Source: Chiloscyllium plagiosum
Taxonomy: Eukaryota
Assembly (NCBI RefSeq): GCF_004010195.1
Contig: NC_057753.1
Coordinates: 2,583,285 to 2,647,284, forward strand
Length of the DNA stretch: 64,000 bases
Direction of reading: 5' to 3'
In this document: in pieces, positions 60,696-64,000 of the stretch
How positions within the stretch are numbered: the first letter of the stretch is position 1
Layout: each line of letters begins with the position of its first letter
Program-made: the position numbers and the translations under genes
The notes under the pieces: model-generated
What the model was told of the DNA's origin: nothing
Seen by the model: only the letters and a program-made list of their open reading frames with translations
Database searches by the model: none

Positions 60696-60889
60696 ACATA
60701 GCAGGTCAGGCAGCATCCGAGGAATAGGAAAATCGACGTTTCGGGCAAAAGCCCTTCGTCAAAAAAAAGGTGTTGATGACTGAACAATGATTACCCTCTG
60801 CCTGCTTCTTGAAGCCTATAGACTGAAATTTGGAAAGGATACAGCAAAACACAATTTCACACATTTAAAACAGAATGATTATGGTGTTT

Positions 60890-61270
60890 GATGCTACAGT
60901 GCAACAAACGCTGGTGAAGGCAAATTGTATGCTGGCCCTCAAAGCGGAAGGGTAGAATACAGGAGCAAGGATCCCTTTCTCCTGTTGTACAGGGCCTTGG
61001 TGAGACCAGAAGGTATTTTGGCTATGGAGGGAGAGGAACAAATGATGACCAGACTGATTCCTGGAATGGCTGGACAAATATACAGAGAGGCACTGACTCA
61101 TTTAGAACTATATTTACTGGAGCTTGGAAGAATGAGGGGGAATCTCATATAAATCTATAAATCTCTGACAGGAGTAGAGAGCGTCAGCATAGAAAGAATG
61201 TTACCGATGACCAGAGAATTTAGGAGCAGGACAGTCTCCAAGAGCCGAGCTTCTATTTTCTATGTTTCTA
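60890..61270 (+). mobile_element. Old CR1 3' fragment
   Basis: VEYRSKD..LLLYRALVRP..TRLIPGM..LELGRMRGNLI. Confidence 0.7.
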
Positions 61271-61659
61271 TTGAGAGTCACAATTAGATTTGAGGCTACA
61301 TCACTTGCTCTGTGATCGCTTGTGCTGAAGAATTATCAGGAGGCAGACTTTGGCTCCGTTTTCCATGAAAGATTGATTTCTCATCGCAGGTTACTCTGCG
61401 GAGGGTCCGTGTGGACTTGTTGGGCCGAAGGGCCTGTTTCCACACTGTAGGGAATCTAATCTTAAAAAAGATACCATGAAGGAATATAATTTACCCATGG
61501 AAATATAAACACCACCTGAGCAACAGCTGCACGGATCTGTTTGTTGCAAGGACTTTCATAAAACTTAACGAACTAATAAGCTCCCTCGAGCCTGGAAGGA
61601 GGCATATATATCACAATTTTACACTGAAATACTGAACGAGCCCACAGCATCTGATAGAA

Positions 61660-61729
61660 ATGCATGAAGCACTAAAAGGTCTGCTGTTTGCCATTTACTA
61701 TCCCGTCATTGCACTCATCGGAGTTCCAA
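61660..61729 (+). CDS. GPR139/GPR142-like GPCR gene 2, coding exon 1 (MHEALKGLLFAIYYPVIALIGVP); the remainder lies beyond the window
   Basis: gaaATGc start; 70 nt; donor CCAA|GTAAGT (phase 1). Shares MH and AIYYPV.A..GVP with exon 1 of gene 1. TATATA at ~61605. Confidence 0.82.
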
Positions 61730-62436
61730 GTAAGTTACTGTGCCTAGTTAGTGATTGCACGAACAATTTCATTCGTATTACTTCTCCACTTTTCAGGTAC
61801 CCTGTCTGCTACTTAATGTCTTCTCATTTCCCCGTCACCAGGATACTGGATTTCGTTGAACTGCGATAAGTCTTTTGTCACCAAACACGCACTACTTCAG
61901 TATTTCAGCCTCATGTCCTCTCCCACGACTACATTTTGACAAAGATTGGCATGACAAATCTGTAATTTCTCCACGTTATCATGTTTATTTCGAATTCTTC
62001 ATTCTTTCCCAAAAATTTCATGTACAGCAGTATTCTGTCTACCAAGATAGATGCAATTTCATTTTTCTAATTATATGATACTTCCAGTTTCGTGCTTACA
62101 CCTAACCAAGTAAATGTAGTTCTAATGTGTAAATGGTCCTGTTGTTTTGGTGAATTGGCATAACGTTATCACGGCTCAGTTCCGTTATATTCTGATATTG
62201 ACCATGTTCTTGTGGGTGAATTAATGAAACCTGATTGTTGTGTAAATTGGTTCTGTGGTGGCACTGAAATTCACATATTGTTATCGCAGGTGCATATCAC
62301 GTTTTATTCTGTTATTAATTTCAGATATGGACAGGTTGTTCGCAGTATGAAATTATAAATTTATTGTGTTATTGACAAATACACAGAAGAAATGCGACGA
62401 ATTAGTAATTGAGATTTGTAACCCTCGAATAACATA

Positions 62437-62682
62437 TGATTAGATTAGATTACAGTGTGGAAACAGGCCCTTCTGCCCAACAAGTCCACACCGACCCGCC
62501 GAAGCGAAACCCACCCATGCCCCTACATTTACCCCTTACCTAACACTACGGGCAATTTAGCATGGCCAATTTACCTGACCTGCACATCTTTGGNNNNNNN
62601 GGTGTGGACTTGTTGGGCCGAAGGGCCTGTTTCCACACTGTAAGTAATCTAATCTATATCAATCTAATCTAATCTAATCTAA
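62437..62682. mobile_element. SINE 3' ends in opposite orientations either side of an N gap
   Basis: gattagattagattacagtgtggaaacaggccc (-) and gggcctgtttccacactgtaagtaatctaatc (+); N run at 62594-62600. Confidence 0.7.
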
Positions 62683-62928
62683 ATAAGGAAAATTCTAATG
62701 CTGCAATATATGTCACCGACATAATGACCAAATCTTTTTGTCAGTCTGGATATGTTTGATCACGTTTCCATGGCCATCATATCCTGAGACAGAACTTGAA
62801 CCCAAACATTCTCACCGGAGATGACGACATCCCTACAACAAAAATCTGAGTGACTTCTGCATTAACGTTGTTGTCATTACATTTTTTTAAAATGAATCAC
62901 TGATACATGTCAGTGTTTCTGTTCTCAG

Positions 62929-63528
62929 TGTTATAGACCAGACCAAACCCTCTCAAAACGTTTCAAGATTTTAGCCCAGACCCTAACTTCCTAGTTGTAT
63001 TAAGTCGATGTACGGTTGATATTCGAGGAGCGATGCAGTTGCTCGAACCACTCGGTTTTAAACGAACCCGAAATTCTTTGCACACGAACAAAAGAAAATT
63101 GACTTTAGAATAACCCAACTATTTGAAAGTACAACCAAAACAAGAACACAACTAAGCAAAGAGCTGTTCCGATTTCCCGCACCTTCCCATAACACACCAC
63201 TTGGCAAAGCGAGATATTCAAACATAGGTTCTGATAGGAGAGAGATTGCAGAGAGAGTCAGACAGAAAACCTCTGTTGAACCCGGGAAACTTCTCCCTCA
63301 GCTCCTTTCTTGATGAGTAGCTTCAAACAGATTGCTTGCTAAAACCAAACCAAAAAAGAAACACTGAACTGGGAGAATTGGACACCTCTTTAATTGTACT
63401 AGTTTTAAAAAAAGAGTAAAAGCCTTTTCAAGTTGATAGTTCAAAATATATCGGAAGGTCTGCCTTTTCGAATTCTCTCAATAAAAATAAGGGCGACATA
63501 AAGTTTTTCAAAGGACAACATCGCCATA
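62929..63528. mobile_element. Probable solo LTR (~600 bp) with 4-bp TSD TCAG, in intron 1 of GPCR gene 2
   Basis: Starts TGTTATAG and ends ..catcgccaTA (decayed CA). TCAG at 62925-62928 and 63529-63532; non-coding. Confidence 0.55.
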
Positions 63529-64000
63529 TCAGCCTCCACAGAGCTCAGTCCATCGGCAGGGTCATTCTCCAGCCCCCTTTTGCTTTTGCTAATGGTTCTT
63601 TAATGACTGATATCCTCTCTTTTCCTCTTTTCTTTTCACAACTCAGAAATGCTCAGATACCATGTTCACCATATTCTCTATGGATTTTTCATAAACATGG
63701 CGCTCATATTCTTTGTTCCAATGCCTGATGAACATGAGGTTAATTGTTAACCCAGATAGAGCAGCCCACGCTTTGCACTACATTTTCAGAGTACTTCTCA
63801 CTATTTGCATCTCACTGTCTGCAGTTGTAGTCCGTCCATTCGACACCTACAGATCCTAATTTACTCATCAGCGTTGCGGCTCAAACATACAACTGAGTTC
63901 TACCTAATATGTCCTTTTCAAAGTCGAAGATAAAATTATTCTCATTTCGCATTCATCCTGATCTTAATGTTTCTGAGCATTTTCACATTTCCAACACTGA

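Noticed and set aside
59939..60727. 262-aa ORF as an intact active Penelope protein
   Set aside because: It spans two N gaps, and the upstream RT has stops and frameshifts; the element is 5'-truncated.
62437..62682. SINE-tail inverted repeat as a hairpin element
   Set aside because: The two arms are separated by an N gap, so adjacency and orientation may be a scaffolding artefact.

Overview
Eukaryotic, repeat-dense vertebrate DNA, most likely from a cartilaginous fish (shark). This inference rests on the mix of CR1 LINEs, HE1/V-SINE-type tRNA SINEs with (TAATC)n tails, several Penelope-like element (PLE) families and Rex1/Babar. Most of the window is decayed, nested retroelements. Host genes: (1) one complete two-exon class A GPCR of the GPR139/GPR142-like type (exon 1 9167-9236, exon 2 17395-18308, 327 aa after splicing; the ORF track misses exon 1); (2) exon 1 of a second paralog with the same 70-nt, phase-1 structure (61660-61729; the rest lies beyond the window); (3) a ~12-finger C2H2 zinc-finger pseudogene (49234-50349) and an older zinc-finger remnant (~7715-8100). 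Other elements: a 2.4-kb ~75-bp satellite with higher-order structure beside a CpG-rich promoter-like island (NRF1 palindrome, 3x YY1, CCAAT and GC boxes); two solo LTRs with 4-bp target-site duplications (TSDs); several intact-looking minimal hammerhead ribozymes in PLE termini; a series of ~200-bp PLE fold-back insertions with 10-14-bp TSDs; and one PLE insertion that appears to have captured an inverted copy of neighbouring genomic DNA. Family assignments come from motif recognition by eye, not database searches, and repeat boundaries are approximate.
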